Counted from the first letter of the stretch, positions 38,172 to 51,557 are shown. The stretch: DNA of 64,000 nt from Octopus bimaculoides (GCF_001194135.2 NC_069002.1:14144137-14208136); one strand, 5' to 3'. Numbers and translations: made by a program. Notes: generated by a model from the sequence alone, not told the origin.

Positions 38172-39079
38172 CTAGACACAAAAGAATGACGGCAACTTCA
38201 AAGTTACGCTAAAAGCCGCTCATTAAGCTTTAAAAATGTAAGAAATATTAAGCCTCTTTCTACGTGATAAAATTACTGAAGTAAGAAAAAATAAAAAAAG
38301 AAAAAAAAAAGAAAAGAAAAGACATAATGTGAGAGTTAAAGAAAGCAGTTGGTTCTGAAGAAGTTTGTTCTGAACAAGACCTGTGATGTCATTAATGGCT
38401 GTTGAGAATAATTTTATTAGGAATCTAATTGAAAGCAGGAGGAAATGCAAGTAGCGTTATAAATCAATATTTTGGATAAGTTATTATAAAATAGAAATTC
38501 AAGTAAGAAAATAAGTGTAAAATTAAATGACTTAGAGGATGCTAAATAATAAAATAAAGTAAAATTTAGCCATCGTAGAATAAAGTTTAATTCCTATATC
38601 TACCACAGTATAAAAGGATTTAGCATTAGTAAAACGTGAAGAGTTAAAAATAGAGGCTAATTACCAATTTAATATATCTGTGATAGTAGTAGACTTTTAA
38701 TTAGTACTGCTATTCTGGTTTCGCTTTGCTTTAATACTTGCATCAATGTATTTAATTGTTATTTTACTTCTGTCTCTAACGCAACATATTCTGTAAAAGT
38801 ATAATCCATTTATATTATAATAGTGCTGATTCCGTTTCTCTGACAGCTTTACTTTATTTTTATTTTATTACCCAAGTGTCTCCCTTTCAACTAGTTTTTC
38901 AGTTACGTTCTTCCATAGATTTCAATTTTATGACAACTTATCCGTAAAATAGAAATCTCACGCTACTTCAGTTTCACTCTGTCTTCAGTAAGATTGTTTG
39001 GAAAATGTTCTCCATGAAAATTTCCACATAAAATTCCAGTTAATCACCCTACGCTTCTGGATCCTGGTTCAAATTTCAC

Positions 39080-39752
39080 CAGTGCATTGTTGTCTGAAGA
39101 ATCCAATTCTTCGCGCTCCACAGATTCGGTTGCTTTCGCCAAACATCCTCTCTCAGACTCCAACACGATGTTTCTGCTCAGTGGTCAGCAATCAGAAAAC
39201 AGACTTGGCAGAGACAAGCTACATGTTCAATTCAGATGTTAGGATTGCTTCCACAGATCCATACGACAGACCAACAACTTCAGCAATATCGTTGTTTGTC
39301 CGCCAACGATCCTTATGCTCCACCTGATGAATTTTCTCCACATTCCCGCGAGTGACTCTAGTGACAGGTCTTCCAGATCGCTCATCGTCTTATCAGGACG
39401 TTCTTCCGCTTTTAAAGCGCCCGTGTCACTCAAAACATTGAGTGTGACCCATTACCTCATCGCTGTAAGCTTGCCGATGCAAGCTCAGTGCCTCTGTAGC
39501 AGATTTCTCAAGTTTAACGCAAAGTTTCACGTTGGCGCTTTGTTCCAACTTCCTGTCCATGACAAAATCGCAGACTGCAGCGTACACGTGGTAACAAAAA
39601 TACGAACTTCATAATTTGCGTAGTAAAACAGCGAAGTCACTCGCCACGCTGCCACATAAAGGTCACTACTAGCTGTCATTGCGCCAGCATCCGTGTGCTG
39701 CCATCTGTTAGCGCGCTACAAAACCATTCCTGGAACGTTTCGATACCACGTC

Positions 39753-39755
<3 letters not shown>
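39080..39755 (-). mobile_element. Internally deleted mariner with 5' TIR
   Basis: TA|CGACGTGGTATCGAAACGTTCC end. ATG at 39560: MDRKLEQSANVKLCVKLEKSATEALSL...DDERSGRP...IAEVVGLSYGSVEAILTSELNM*LVSAKSVF*LLTTEQK, then a jump to EDVWRKQPNLWSAKNWIL. Confidence 0.93.
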
Positions 39756-39798
<43 letters not shown>

Positions 39799-40135
39799 CT
39801 AGTATCTCTTAGTTACAAAGCAGTAGAATATTTACAAAATAATCGTTATGGACGGTTCATTGGGTTATGACCGCGAAACCCTGGGTAACCCAATGAACCA
39901 ATTGTAACTATCTCTTCCTTAATAACAGTACAATAAAACATACTTAAAAGGACAACCAACAGAAATGCTGAAACCATGTGGCGAATTGTCGAGAGATTAA
40001 CAACAATGGTAACAACAGCAGCCTCAACAAAGACAAGAAAATCAACAAAGAATTTAGCAACAGGGATAGCGATAACACAGCGACATCAGCGACAACAATA
40101 TTACCAGGACCAGCAACAGTAACAACAATTTGGAT

Positions 40136-40138
<3 letters not shown>

Positions 40139-40204
<66 letters not shown>
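40139..40204. repeat. (AAT)n array running directly into a Dong fragment
   Basis: Pure triplet run read directly from the sequence. Confidence 0.98.
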
Positions 40205-40206
<2 letters not shown>

Positions 40207-40320
40207 ATAACAAAGACACCAGGACTTACAAATATATATAACATACAGAAAATTGCACTACTGGGTACTGCACACATTCTACCCAAAACACTTTCAATAC
40301 AGTAAACATAAGAGCACCAC
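40202..40320 (+). mobile_element. Extremely 5'-truncated R4/Dong LINE copy
   Basis: YITKTPGLTNIYNIQKIALLGTAHILPKTLSIQ*. 114 of 119 nt identical to 41450-41568. Confidence 0.92.
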
Positions 40321-41294
40321 NNNNNNNNNNNNNNNNNNNNNNNNNNNNNNNNNNNNNNNNNNNNNNNNNNNNNNNNNNNNNNNNNNNNNNNNNNNNNNNN
40401 NNNNNNNNNNNNNNNNNNNNNNNNNNNNNNNNNNNNNNNNNNNNNNNNNNNNNNNNNNNNNNNNNNNNNNNNNNNNNNNNNNNNNNNNNNNNNNNNNNNN
40501 NNNNNNNNNNNNNNNNNNNNNNNNNNNNNNNNNNNNNNNNNNNNNNNNNNNNNNNNNNNNNNNNNNNNNNNNNNNNNNNNNNNNNNNNNNNNNNNNNNNN
40601 NNNNNNNNNNNNNNNNNNNNNNNNNNNNNNNNNNNNNNNNNNNNNNNNNNNNNNNNNNNNNNNNNNNNNNNNNNNNNNNNNNNNNNNNNNNNNNNNNNNN
40701 NNNNNNNNNNNNNNNNNNNNNNNNNNNNNNNNNNNNNNNNNNNNNNNNNNNNNNNNNNNNNNNNNNNNNNNNNNNNNNNNNNNNNNNNNNNNNNNNNNNN
40801 NNNNNNNNNNNNNNNNNNNNNNNNNNNNNNNNNNNNNNNNNNNNNNNNNNNNNNNNNNNNNNNNNNNNNNNNNNNNNNNNNNNNNNNNNNNNNNNNNNNN
40901 NNNNNNNNNNNNNNNNNNNNNNNNNNNNNNNNNNNNNNNNNNNNNNNNNNNNNNNNNNNNNNNNNNNNNNNNNNNNNNNNNNNNNNNNNNNNNNNNNNNN
41001 NNNNNNNNNNNNNNNNNNNNNNNNNNNNNNNNNNNNNNNNNNNNNNNNNNNNNNNNNNNNNNNNNNNNNNNNNNNNNNNNNNNNNNNNNNNNNNNNNNNN
41101 NNNNNNNNNNNNNNNNNNNNNNNNNNNNNNNNNNNNNNNNNNNNNNNNNNNNNNNNNNNNNNNNNNNNNNNNNNNNNNNNNNNNNNNNNNNNNNNNNNNN
41201 NNNNNNNNNNNNNNNNNNNNNNNNNNNNNNNNNNNNNNNNNNNNNNNNNNNNNNNNNNNNNNNNNNNNNNNNNNNNNNNNNNNNNNNNNNNNNN

Positions 41295-41665
41295 AATACC
41301 AGCAGATGACAACGTTTCTCTAAAAGAAATGGAAAAACTTTCAAAATACAAAGACCTGGAAATAGAGATAACTCGAATGTGGAATCTAAAAACAGAAACA
41401 ATTCCTATCATAGTAGGTGCCTTAGGTATAATAAAAAAATATTCAGACAAATACATAACAAAAATATCAGGACTTACAAATATATATAACATACAGAAAA
41501 TTACACTACTGGGTACTGCACACATTCTACGCAAAACACTTTCAATACAGTAAACATAAGAGCACCACAGCAAACCACAGCACATACCCAAGGCGCATAG
41601 AGCTGCGCTCGGTAGTGAAGTGAAAGCACGTTATAAAAATAAAACTACTGAACAATAATAATAAT
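41295..41665 (+). mobile_element. R4/Dong LINE 3' end, well preserved
   Basis: IPADDNVSLKEMEKLSKYKDLEIEITRMWNLKTETIPIIVGALGIIKK...QKITLLGTAHILRKTLSIQ*, followed by a 3' UTR and an AAT tail. Confidence 0.95.
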
Positions 41666-41667
41666 AG

Positions 41668-41868
41668 TGATTATTTCTAATTTTGGCACAAGGCCAGCAA
41701 TTATAGTGCGAAAGGGTAAGTCGTTTACATCAGCCCCAGTGCTTAACTGTTGCTTATTTAATCGACCACGAAATGAATAGAAGTCAAAGTTTGTCTCGGC
41801 GTAAAGAGCCGGAAGATATCCCGCTAAGCATTTTGTCCGGCGTACTAATGATTCTCTCAGCCCATTGC
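41668..41868 (-). mobile_element. SINE family E, near full length
   Basis: TTTGGCACAAGGCCAGCAAT...AAGTCG...CCCCAGTGCT...ATCGACC...CGCTAAGCATTTTGTCCGGCGTACTAATGATTCT. Confidence 0.85.
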
Positions 41869-42068
41869 TGTAACAACACCAACATCATCAACAGCAACAA
41901 GGACGACAACAACAAAGGCAACAACAGTAATAATAATAATAATAATCTTCATTAGCAAAAAGTAGAGACGAAAATTAAAATGACAATAGAATTTCTAGTC
42001 ATAATTATTATTTAAGCACATCTCTTTATATTTGATATGACCGGAAGCATGAGCTAAGATACCAAGAT

Positions 42069-42153
<85 letters not shown>

Positions 42154-42587
42154 AGCCATCTTCTAAAGAACACAAAGTAGTTGCTAGTATGAACTTTAAC
42201 CCTTTTTTATAGTTTCAAATCAGTTACATTTCGAAGACTCTTAAACCGTCATTGAATGTTAAACAATGCGGTAAAAGCTTCTTCTATTCTTACTTTGGCA
42301 CAGAATAAAGCCGCATAGAATGCTCTCTACTGTAAGGTATTATTATTTCATTCTGTAACCATTACCTTGCATTTTTGGTCAAAAGGTGTCTTTCGTCGCT
42401 GCTCACAAGAGCAAAGCCATATTCGATGTCATTATATAAAGCGTTTCTAATTGTAATTATCTAATTATTTCAGCGTTTCTGACTGTAATTATGTAATATC
42501 ATGTAATTAATAGACTCTAACTCACAGAAATGGCCATAGGTCTTTATCCTGTCACCCTGTTTGTGAGAAATATGATATTCTTGAAAT

Positions 42588-42775
42588 TTTGAGGGAGGGC
42601 ATCAATCGATTCCATCGGCTTCAGTGCTCCACTTGTATTTATTTTCTCGTTCCAGAAAAAAATGAAAAGCGAAGTCCAGCTTGGCGGAAATTGACCTCAG
42701 GACAAAAAGAACTTAATGAAACGCTGCTAAGCATTTTGTTGTGGCATGCAAATAATTCAGTCAGCCCATTGCCTT
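42588..42775 (-). mobile_element. SINE family E, degenerate
   Basis: Same motif order as 41668-41868 (GCTAAGCATTTTG...CAGCCCATTGC). Confidence 0.7.
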
Positions 42776-43249
42776 TTGCTGGGATATAATATTGAATACA
42801 GTTTGACTAAGACATAACTCTAAAGGAGTGAAATAAATAAAAGTCCACAATTGCTTTCCTTCTTATTGAATACAAGTCTTAGGGGTAAAATATAAAGAAT
42901 TGGTTTTGATAAAAAGGATTAAAATAATGTCAGTTAAATTCACGTCGGATATTTTACATGATGTGTCTCCTTTTAACATCACCAGTCCTTCAGACTGCAG
43001 AAATGGTAACCAGGAGCTCAATGGTCTTTCATTTCATTACTTAATAAAAGCAAACACTTTTCTCTCCATATGATATTGTTCTGCCGTAGATCAATTATCG
43101 CGGTGGAAGGATTCAAACTTAGCACTGAATATCAACGAATCAGTCGTTAATTTTACAGTGCTACCGCTCCTTTCGTAGTCACGTTTTCCTATCCCAATAT
43201 TTGTTAGTTTGAGAAATAGATCTAATTTCCTCTATCTATATAGAAGAAG

Positions 43250-43350
43250 TATGGTTGGATGCTTAAGAAATTTGTTTCACAACCATGAACTACTGGGTTC
43301 GATCCCAATGTAGGCACCTTGGGCTATATTCTATAGCTTCGAGTTAACAC
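43250..43350 (+). mobile_element. SINE family A head
   Basis: CAACCATG...GGGTTCGATCCC...GGCACCTTGGGC...CTATAGCTTCG. Confidence 0.7.
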
Positions 43351-43405
43351 ATACCTATAGGTACTCAGCTTGACTTCCAAAAGTTTCTGTAGCATATGGT
43401 ACAGT

Positions 43406-43545
43406 TAAGGCAGCGCACTGGCAGAATCGTTACCGTGCCGGAAAAATGCTCAGCGGCATTTTTTGCGACTTTACGTTCGGAGTACAAATGCTGCAGGGGT
43501 CGACTTTGCATTTCATCCTTTCGAGGTCCATAAAATAAGTTATTC
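43406..43545 (+). mobile_element. SINE family E
   Basis: TAAGGCAGCGCACTGGCAGAATCGTT...AAATGCTCAGCGGCATT...GTCGACTTTGCATTTCATCCTTTCG. Confidence 0.85.
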
Positions 43546-43854
43546 CCACCACTATAAAATTTAATCTCGGACTGTGCAAGCCATCGGAAAAGTAATCATT
43601 TCTAGGGAGCCACCGCTGCAGTTAATCGCCAATTGCTCAATCTAAATGAAGTGTTAATGACAGAACGCAAATCCCTGGCCTTCAGTTTGATGATAGATTA
43701 GCAAACGTTTATCTTAGTTTACTCTCGGTTAATTTATACATTTAAAAAACATACATTAATAGCGCAATGATTGATTCATAAACATGAGACATAGTTATTC
43801 ACTTATTACTGAACTTGTATATTCGAAAGCTCACGCTATTAACCTGATAGACAA

Positions 43855-44010
43855 GTATTTTACTAAATGTGAATGCGGATTAACAAAATCGTTAGTGTGT
43901 CAGACAAAATGCTTCGTAGTATTTAATTATGACATTTTACTTCTGTGATCAAAATTCCGAGAGAAACGTAGTTTCTGACTTTTATCCTTCCGAGGGTTTG
44001 ATCGGTAAAT
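43855..44010 (+). mobile_element. SINE family E, degenerate
   Basis: AAATCGTTAGTGTGTCAGACAAAATGCTT...AAATTCCG...TATCCTTCCG. Confidence 0.55.
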
Positions 44011-44222
44011 TAAAATATCAACCAAGTTCAGAGGTCGAAAGAAATTTATTATATCATCCCTTACATTCTCAGTATTATGCTGGGTCAAGGAGAAGAAAAC
44101 GAAGAGTCTGTTTATGGATGCTTCCATATACATAAGCACCTAAAAACAACAGTGACAGCCTTGTGCTAGCTACCATGTCATACTCACGGTTAAGCAATCA
44201 AGCATACACACATGCATCCACA

Positions 44223-44277
<55 letters not shown>

Positions 44278-45419
44278 AAGTGAAGCATTATAAAATCAGT
44301 CGTCAGGCAACTCAGCTTTCTTCCAATTCCATATTCACAGAAAAGTAATTCTTCATCATTTCTCCAATTTACTTTTTGTGTCCATAGTTAGGTCACTTCC
44401 AGTAATCAAAATATTTTGATTCGTTCCATATAGATTCAATGCTCTTTCGTACATTTCCTGCGAGCTTCATCTTCATTTTTTTCCGTAGCTGTATCTAGGT
44501 ATATCCTTTGGAAGGATATACAGGAGTGATCAATATTATGATGACTTCGATTGATTTAGTTTCTACGCCTTAAGTAGAATATAATTCGCCCTGGATAAAC
44601 TGACAGCCACTAACAGATAACATTCACAAAAGACCTAATATTAATAAAGGTAAGAATAGGACTAGGTGGAGGCATGTGGAATAGAAATGGAATTGCCTTG
44701 GAGGCCTTGAAAACGAAGAGAGCAGCGTGTATTGTGTATAAATGTCCACGCAAAGGAAGTTTTGTTGAAGATTATAATAGGGAAACTAAACAAGGTCATA
44801 AAGAAGTCATTTTAATTATTAGTGGTGAAGGCAATTGAAATTAAAAGTGCCGTCGGGTGTTTCTACTTAGAGAGACATCACATCACAAAAGCTTACGTTG
44901 ACAGAAAAGAAATCAGAAAGAAGAAAAAAAAAGACAGTTGCTGCAGACAATAGTAATACAGTGATAATAATAACTGCTATTTAGAGCAATGACAGATCGA
45001 TATCTCGATAAACAAACAAAAATAACAACAAACAAAACAGATAATACACACACAACGAAGAAGAAAAAAAAAACGGTTTTCAAAATAATTACTAGCAATT
45101 CCAATTTTCGCGGTTGGAACCCAATGTTGGGTGTTGAATATGAAAGATGATGTCGGAGGTGGGTGGAGAAGAATTAAATCAATGGCGTTATGTTGTATTG
45201 ATGACTTTTTCAATTAAAATAAAGAACTAAGAACAAACCAATAGAAGCAAAAATAAAATAAAAGAAAAAACAATGCGTAAATGTTGAAGAAAATATTAAG
45301 TGATATAGCATAATTGTTCAATAGTTTGGTGACAGGAGAAAATAATGGTAAATTTCGTTGAAGGAAGCAGCATAATACTATTCAGTGTTGCACGGTGAGA
45401 AAAAAATGGTGAAAAACAA

Positions 45420-46040
45420 GATAATGGCGATTTCTATGTGGAGGAAAATTTGCATCGCAAACAGATAAATATGCAAAAAGAAACAACAACAGAAATAGCA
45501 AGCCCAACATGTCGTGTATGTAAATAACAGATTGAAATCATCGACCATATTGTCTCCATGTGCAACCTTGTTGCGTCCTCAGAGTGACACAGAATATTTA
45601 CTGGGTAATTTGCAAGGATCTGGTACTGTACGATGATAAAAACTGGTGAGAACACAAATCACCTCCAGTGCTTGAAAGGGATCATATCTCACTCCTATGA
45701 AATTTTTCTGTTCAAATTGTCAGAAAGATATATGTAAATAGTCCAGACATTATACTGAAGGATTTCAGATGAAATTCATGCCTAATCGACGATGTGACTG
45801 TCCCAATCAACATAAATGTATCTTTCAAGACTTACCAAAAACTGAACAAGTATAAAGATCTTAAAATATAAATTGGCAAAATGTGGAAACTAGAAGAATA
45901 CCTGTGGTTATAGGTGCCATAGAAATAATAGCAAAAGGGGCTGATTGTTATCTGTCTCAAATTCCAGGAAATTAAAAAATGTGAGAAATTTAAATAATAG
46001 TGCTTATGGAAACCGCTCATATCTTACGAAATAAACTATA
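45420..46040 (+). mobile_element. Decayed R4/Dong LINE 3' region
   Basis: SPTCRVCK*QIEIIDHIVSMC (CCHC knuckle), VNSPDIILKD, KLNKYKDLKI*IGKMWK, IPVVIGA, TAHILR. Many stops. Confidence 0.88.
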
Positions 46041-46213
46041 TAATTCAAAAAAACATTTAAGTCTGTAAACATAGCAAAAATATTTTTAAATGTACATAGT
46101 AGCGAAGGTCTTTTACTCTCATCTTGAGATCACACTATTACTTATCATCAGACTACTCTCAGAACAAACTTTTAATTTCCTTATTTTTGGCAGACATTCT
46201 CTTGAACACCAAT

Positions 46214-46447
46214 CAGTTCAATATTGACGAAGTTGCAGGAGAATGAATTGAAATGATCTAAAAATAAATTCTTAAGTGTAATAAATAAATGAGTAATTAT
46301 AATCAACGTATATACAAGGGTTCCGGTACCATTCATGGAACCCTTGTGCATACGATGATTATTATAACTCATTTATCTATTACAATTAAGAATTTATTTT
46401 TAGATCGATTCAATTCATTTTGCTGCAACCTCACCATTATTGAACTG
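46214..46447. repeat. 234-bp foldback (MITE-like inverted repeat)
   Basis: Arms 46214-46324 and 46337-46447 align without gaps at 96/111 by manual count. 12-nt loop; termini CAGT...ACTG. Confidence 0.92.
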
Positions 46448-46629
46448 CTATCAGCACTAGGTATATTGATTGATTCATCATCAAGCTATATCTGTATTGG
46501 TTCTTTGAATATTTTCTAACTTACCACTATGGTTCGCTAGCAGTTATGGGAATGCCAGTTAATAAATGTGTATATGCTGTGTCAAATGTAAATCGGAAGC
46601 TTACCTCCGTGAGGCTCCTTTTCATCATC

Positions 46630-47170
46630 ATCCATCAGCCATCAGCCAGGTGTTTTCTTCGTGTCTAGAAGTTGGCTTGGCAAGACATTTCACTTCCCTC
46701 TGTGTTGGTTTACTTGTATACAATCAACTAGGCAGCTCTTGTTTTCAGTCCGTTTTTTAATGCCATCAGTTCAGAAACGCCTTTACATCCTTATGCTGTC
46801 TTCCTCTTTGCACTTGCTATCAGGACAGTCTTGAGCAGAAACTTGTGCTGCACTGTATGTCTTAAATATGAAAGCTTTGTAGACTATTCTCAAGAATGGC
46901 TGTTTTAAGCCTTTAAGCTTTTCTTAAACTGCAGTATGTGTTACCCTATATGTCCAGCTTATCCTGCCTAATCTGTCAGGATCTAGATTCCAAAGGCTTC
47001 TATCTATTTCCCCATCGCTCAGTACAGTGACCAAATTTCTGTCCTGTAGAGGACATTTGACATTATATAACAGTTTAATAGCCTCAATGTTAGTTGCAGT
47101 GTTATATCTTTTAAGGTGAAGATCTTTTACCTTCTTATAAATGTTGCTTTAGCTTCATTTATTTTATAAA
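46630..47170 (-). mobile_element. Decayed RTE-clade LINE, post-RT region
   Basis: EAKATF...LTLRLLNCYIMSNVLYRTEIWSL; IEAF...GRISWTYRVT; TDGIKKRT. This is the typical RTE C-terminal motif order. Confidence 0.75.
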
Positions 47171-48277
47171 CTATGAATATCACACAGTCTTAATGTATCA
47201 ATTCATGAGGCAAAAACAAGCATAATCTGTTCATAAAAAGGAACTGATCCCTTGAAAAATAGATCTCTAAATGACAAATATCGGCAACCGTAAAATATTC
47301 CAAGCCAGTCAGTAGCACAAAGTTATCAAACTATGCTCCACCACGTTTGTCTCTACTCTTATGTAATAGAGTGTTTAAGAAAAATATTTAGAGGATGTGG
47401 GGAACTTATAACATCTGAACTATATGCCAAATTAAAACTACAGATCGCAAATTTTTCATCAAAGAAAAATCTACTCCAGAATGACGAGAACACTGCATTA
47501 TAACCTGCGATTCATTTATAGATAGTCACGTGGAAGTAAAACGGAGTGTCTAGAAATGGTTGGAATAAAGGTAAGAATTGACTAAACTGCATTGAGAGGA
47601 AAAACATTTAAGTCAGTAATGGTTGGAGAAAAGGATATGTACAGCGTTATGGAATGGATTGTCGAATTAATAGAGAACTACAAGTAAACTAAGATAAGTT
47701 ACATTTAGTGCTTGCTGAATACCCAATCAGAAATTCAGTAAGATCGATATGGTTGCCTTTATTAGAAAATGAATTTCAATAATCCAGGATGGGAGCAGAA
47801 AGAGAACGTTTGTCACTAGCCTTGGGAGTAAGAAAGTATCGGTACTGAGTGTAAATTAACATCATCGAGATCAAATCCAGACCACATCTATATGCACAAT
47901 GATGACATATGATGATGTCCGCTTAGATTCTCATTGAACTTCGGTGCAAGGGAGGAAAAAAAGGATGTGCTGGAAGGTGTTATTTTTCTGAGGAATAAAG
48001 GATATATTGCGAAGCATAATGGGAAGCAAAACAAAGTTCGTGTAGCGAAATGAGGAAAGAAGCGAGGATAGGATATGGCGCGTCAATTTCTTAGGGTTTT
48101 GTATGCAACTATCTTTGGTGGTGACGTATCTTAAAATTGACAAACTGATTCCTACTTTAATGAAAATCTGTCATTTCACTGTGTATAGAAATACTTAAAG
48201 GTGTCCATACACATATATACATCTCTTTCCCGCTCTTTTTCTCTCCATTTCTATATTAATATACATTTACGTACACG

Positions 48278-48311
<34 letters not shown>

Positions 48312-49427
48312 NNNNNNNNNNNNNNNNNNNNNNNNNNNNNNNNNNNNNNNNNNNNNNNNNNNNNNNNNNNNNNNNNNNNNNNNNNNNNNNNNNNNNNNNN
48401 NNNNNNNNNNNNNNNNNNNNNNNNNNNNNNNNNNNNNNNNNNNNNNNNNNNNNNNNNNNNNNNNNNNNNNNNNNNNNNNNNNNNNNNNNNNNNNNNNNNN
48501 NNNNNNNNNNNNNNNNNNNNNNNNNNNNNNNNNNNNNNNNNNNNNNNNNNNNNNNNNNNNNNNNNNNNNNNNNNNNNNNNNNNNNNNNNNNNNNNNNNNN
48601 NNNNNNNNNNNNNNNNNNNNNNNNNNNNNNNNNNNNNNNNNNNNNNNNNNNNNNNNNNNNNNNNNNNNNNNNNNNNNNNNNNNNNNNNNNNNNNNNNNNN
48701 NNNNNNNNNNNNNNNNNNNNNNNNNNNNNNATGTGCTTGTGTTCAAAAATACATCTAACTTCATATGTTCTAATCACACACACACGTACAAACACGCACA
48801 CACATGCACATATAAGTACACGCACGAACACTCACACACACACACACTCAACCCTAACCCTTACACAATTCTTTATTGCTAAACAATACAAGAAGGCACT
48901 TGATATGAAGTAGCATTTCCAAGTAGAGACTTATATGGTTGTCCTGTGGCAATTTCTACATTTCATTGTACAGCATCAATGGCAGGAGAGACTCCCAGCT
49001 ACGTAGGTATCCTCACTGACACCAACACAGTACACACGCACACGCACACATATAGGTTCAGGCGCATATCCATACGCACGTTCATATATGCATATGCAAT
49101 TGTACATACATAATACATACATACATACATACACACACACACATATCTTTACGTATATAAAGATATGCACACTATATATATATATATATTTACATATATG
49201 TCTGTATATACATATTTAGATGCTTATATACACACAGAACCTCACAGACACACACACACGCACGCACGTAAACACACAAACAGGCATATATACGTATGAA
49301 GAAAATTATACGATTGTATATATTCATACATATGAATATATATATTTACATATATATGCATATGTATATAAGCACATATATATATGCATATATGTATATA
49401 TATAATATATGTATATATGTATATATG

Positions 49428-49458
<31 letters not shown>

Positions 49459-49533
49459 AATATAATATATATATATATGTATATATGTATATATGTATAT
49501 ATGTATATATGTATATATATATATATATATAAT

Positions 49534-49564
<31 letters not shown>

Positions 49565-49989
49565 TAGCTATTACTGGTACAAGTAGAATATAAATCAATC
49601 CTATAAGTTTGCTGCTAAGGAATACATATCCAACAAGAATACTCAATGGATCCTTAGGTATTCGGAGTAATGACAACATATGTCTCTGTGAACAGTAAAC
49701 GACAAATGCAAAGACTTGTGATAAAATACACAAAATATAACGTTTGAGCAGCAAATACCATATTTATCGTCCTGAAGGGGTTTTGCTTGCTTCTATCGAA
49801 AGACACTGGTTTGAAGAGGGTTTAACATGTTATGAACAAACTCACTCAGTCACTCACATACAGAGACACAACATACACGGCCGACCGCACGCAAACACAA
49901 CTATACACCCACACATAGGCGTGTATATATATATAAATATATATGTATATGTATATATACCTTTTTATATATAAGTATATGAACACTAT

Positions 49990-50686
49990 ACTGTTGCAGA
50001 CATTCATACGTACTTAGTTACATACATACTCAGCCGTCTTGTCTACTGCTCTCAGCTATGGTCATCGCATAGTGCCAAACTATTAACGAAGCTTGAAGCG
50101 GTTCAACATCACTATACTAAAAAGATTGTAACGGTGAAGCAGAGGAGGCTGAAAAGACTATGACTTTACTTCTTGGAGCGAAGGCGCGACAGATATGTAA
50201 TAATCTATATATGGAAATTTCTGGATAGGCTAGTACCTAATTTCGGCATTGAGTGTTTTACAAATGCCGGAACTGGACGCTGTTGTATTGTACTAAAAGG
50301 TACCGTCCACCCCATCTAAGTTCCGGACCAGGAGCTGCAATAGCTTAGGATGTACAATGCCTTCAATGCGCTGCCACAAAAATTAACAAACCTACACAAT
50401 TTGGACGTAGATGTCCACAGAATGGATCTAGATATTCACCTCTCAAAAATACCGGATGAACCGGCGGTTTAGCATGCGGTACAGACGAGGGTAGCAGAGT
50501 CAAACTCCCTCGTACACCAAATGGGCCAACAGCCTGGACAAAGCCGATTACAGGAATGGTGATATGAAACACCACTACCCTGATGATATCGGCCGAAAGA
50601 GAATCATAAGTAACGGTGCAAAATTACGGTGGTTCTCTTGCATGACTGCAGCCACATGGCTTAAACGAATAAAAGAATAAAAGCAT
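49990..50686 (+). mobile_element. CR1-clade LINE 3' end
   Basis: LSRLVYCSQLWSSHSAKLLTKLEAVQHHYTKKI...LERRRDRYVIIYIWKFLDRLVPNFGI; FNALPQKLTNL; LSKIPDEP...SNSLVHQ. Ends AATAAAAGAATAAAAG. Confidence 0.9.
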
Positions 50687-51523
50687 ATATATATTTTTTA
50701 TGAATTTGTATTACCAGATTCCTGATGTGAAGTCGTGTCCTGAAACAAATATTGTTTTTCGGGGTGGTCATTTTTTTTTGCGTGTGTTTATTTGGCAAAA
50801 AAAAAAAGCAATTTTTTTAGAGAAGTGTTTGCCTGTATTTAAATATAATACTTTTAGGAAGATGGAATTCGTTAAGTTACTCATTGTTAGATAGGATTGG
50901 TCAGATCATGAATTTTCACCACTCCAGGATGTAGGCTTGGGCAAAATATTTATATTCAAAACATCAAAAGTTAACTGGCTCGAGTGAAATCGTAGGCGAG
51001 CACAACACGTTCAGATCCGAAGCATAAACCACAAGACATTGTATTTGACGCTTTCATCTTTCTGATACATACATACATTCATACATACAAACATATACCC
51101 ACACTCACATCCACACACAAACAAACACACACAAACATATATGTGTATGTCTAAAGGTTTTGGCTAGCTAAGCCATCATCAGTGTATGTGGGTATTGGTA
51201 GCTGTGCGTGTGTGTGAGCTGTGTGTAGTATTGACTGTTTATATGTGTATGTGTGAGTGATCTTTGTGTCTGTTAGGAGGAATTCAGCACCTATTGCAAC
51301 AGAAGTGGTGGCCTTTTGTGTAGTTGTGTGTTGCGTAGCAGGCCGAATCTTCGAAGCCACTGTCTATACTATTCTTGTTAGAGAATTTTTATATATGTAT
51401 ATATTTATCATTTTATCCACATTTTTTTTGCAACGTCCTGTACCCAGATATGCATCTATATATACATGTAGATGTAGGTATGTACATACATGTACGTATA
51501 TATGCATATACTCATTTATTATT

Positions 51524-51557
<34 letters not shown>

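Noticed and set aside
48846-48862. ACCCTAACCCTTA telomere-like sequence
   Set aside because: Only about two units; expected by chance.
50580-50640. CTGATGA-TATCGGCC-GAAA in the CR1 3' UTR
   Set aside because: Stem II does not pair and there is no stem I.
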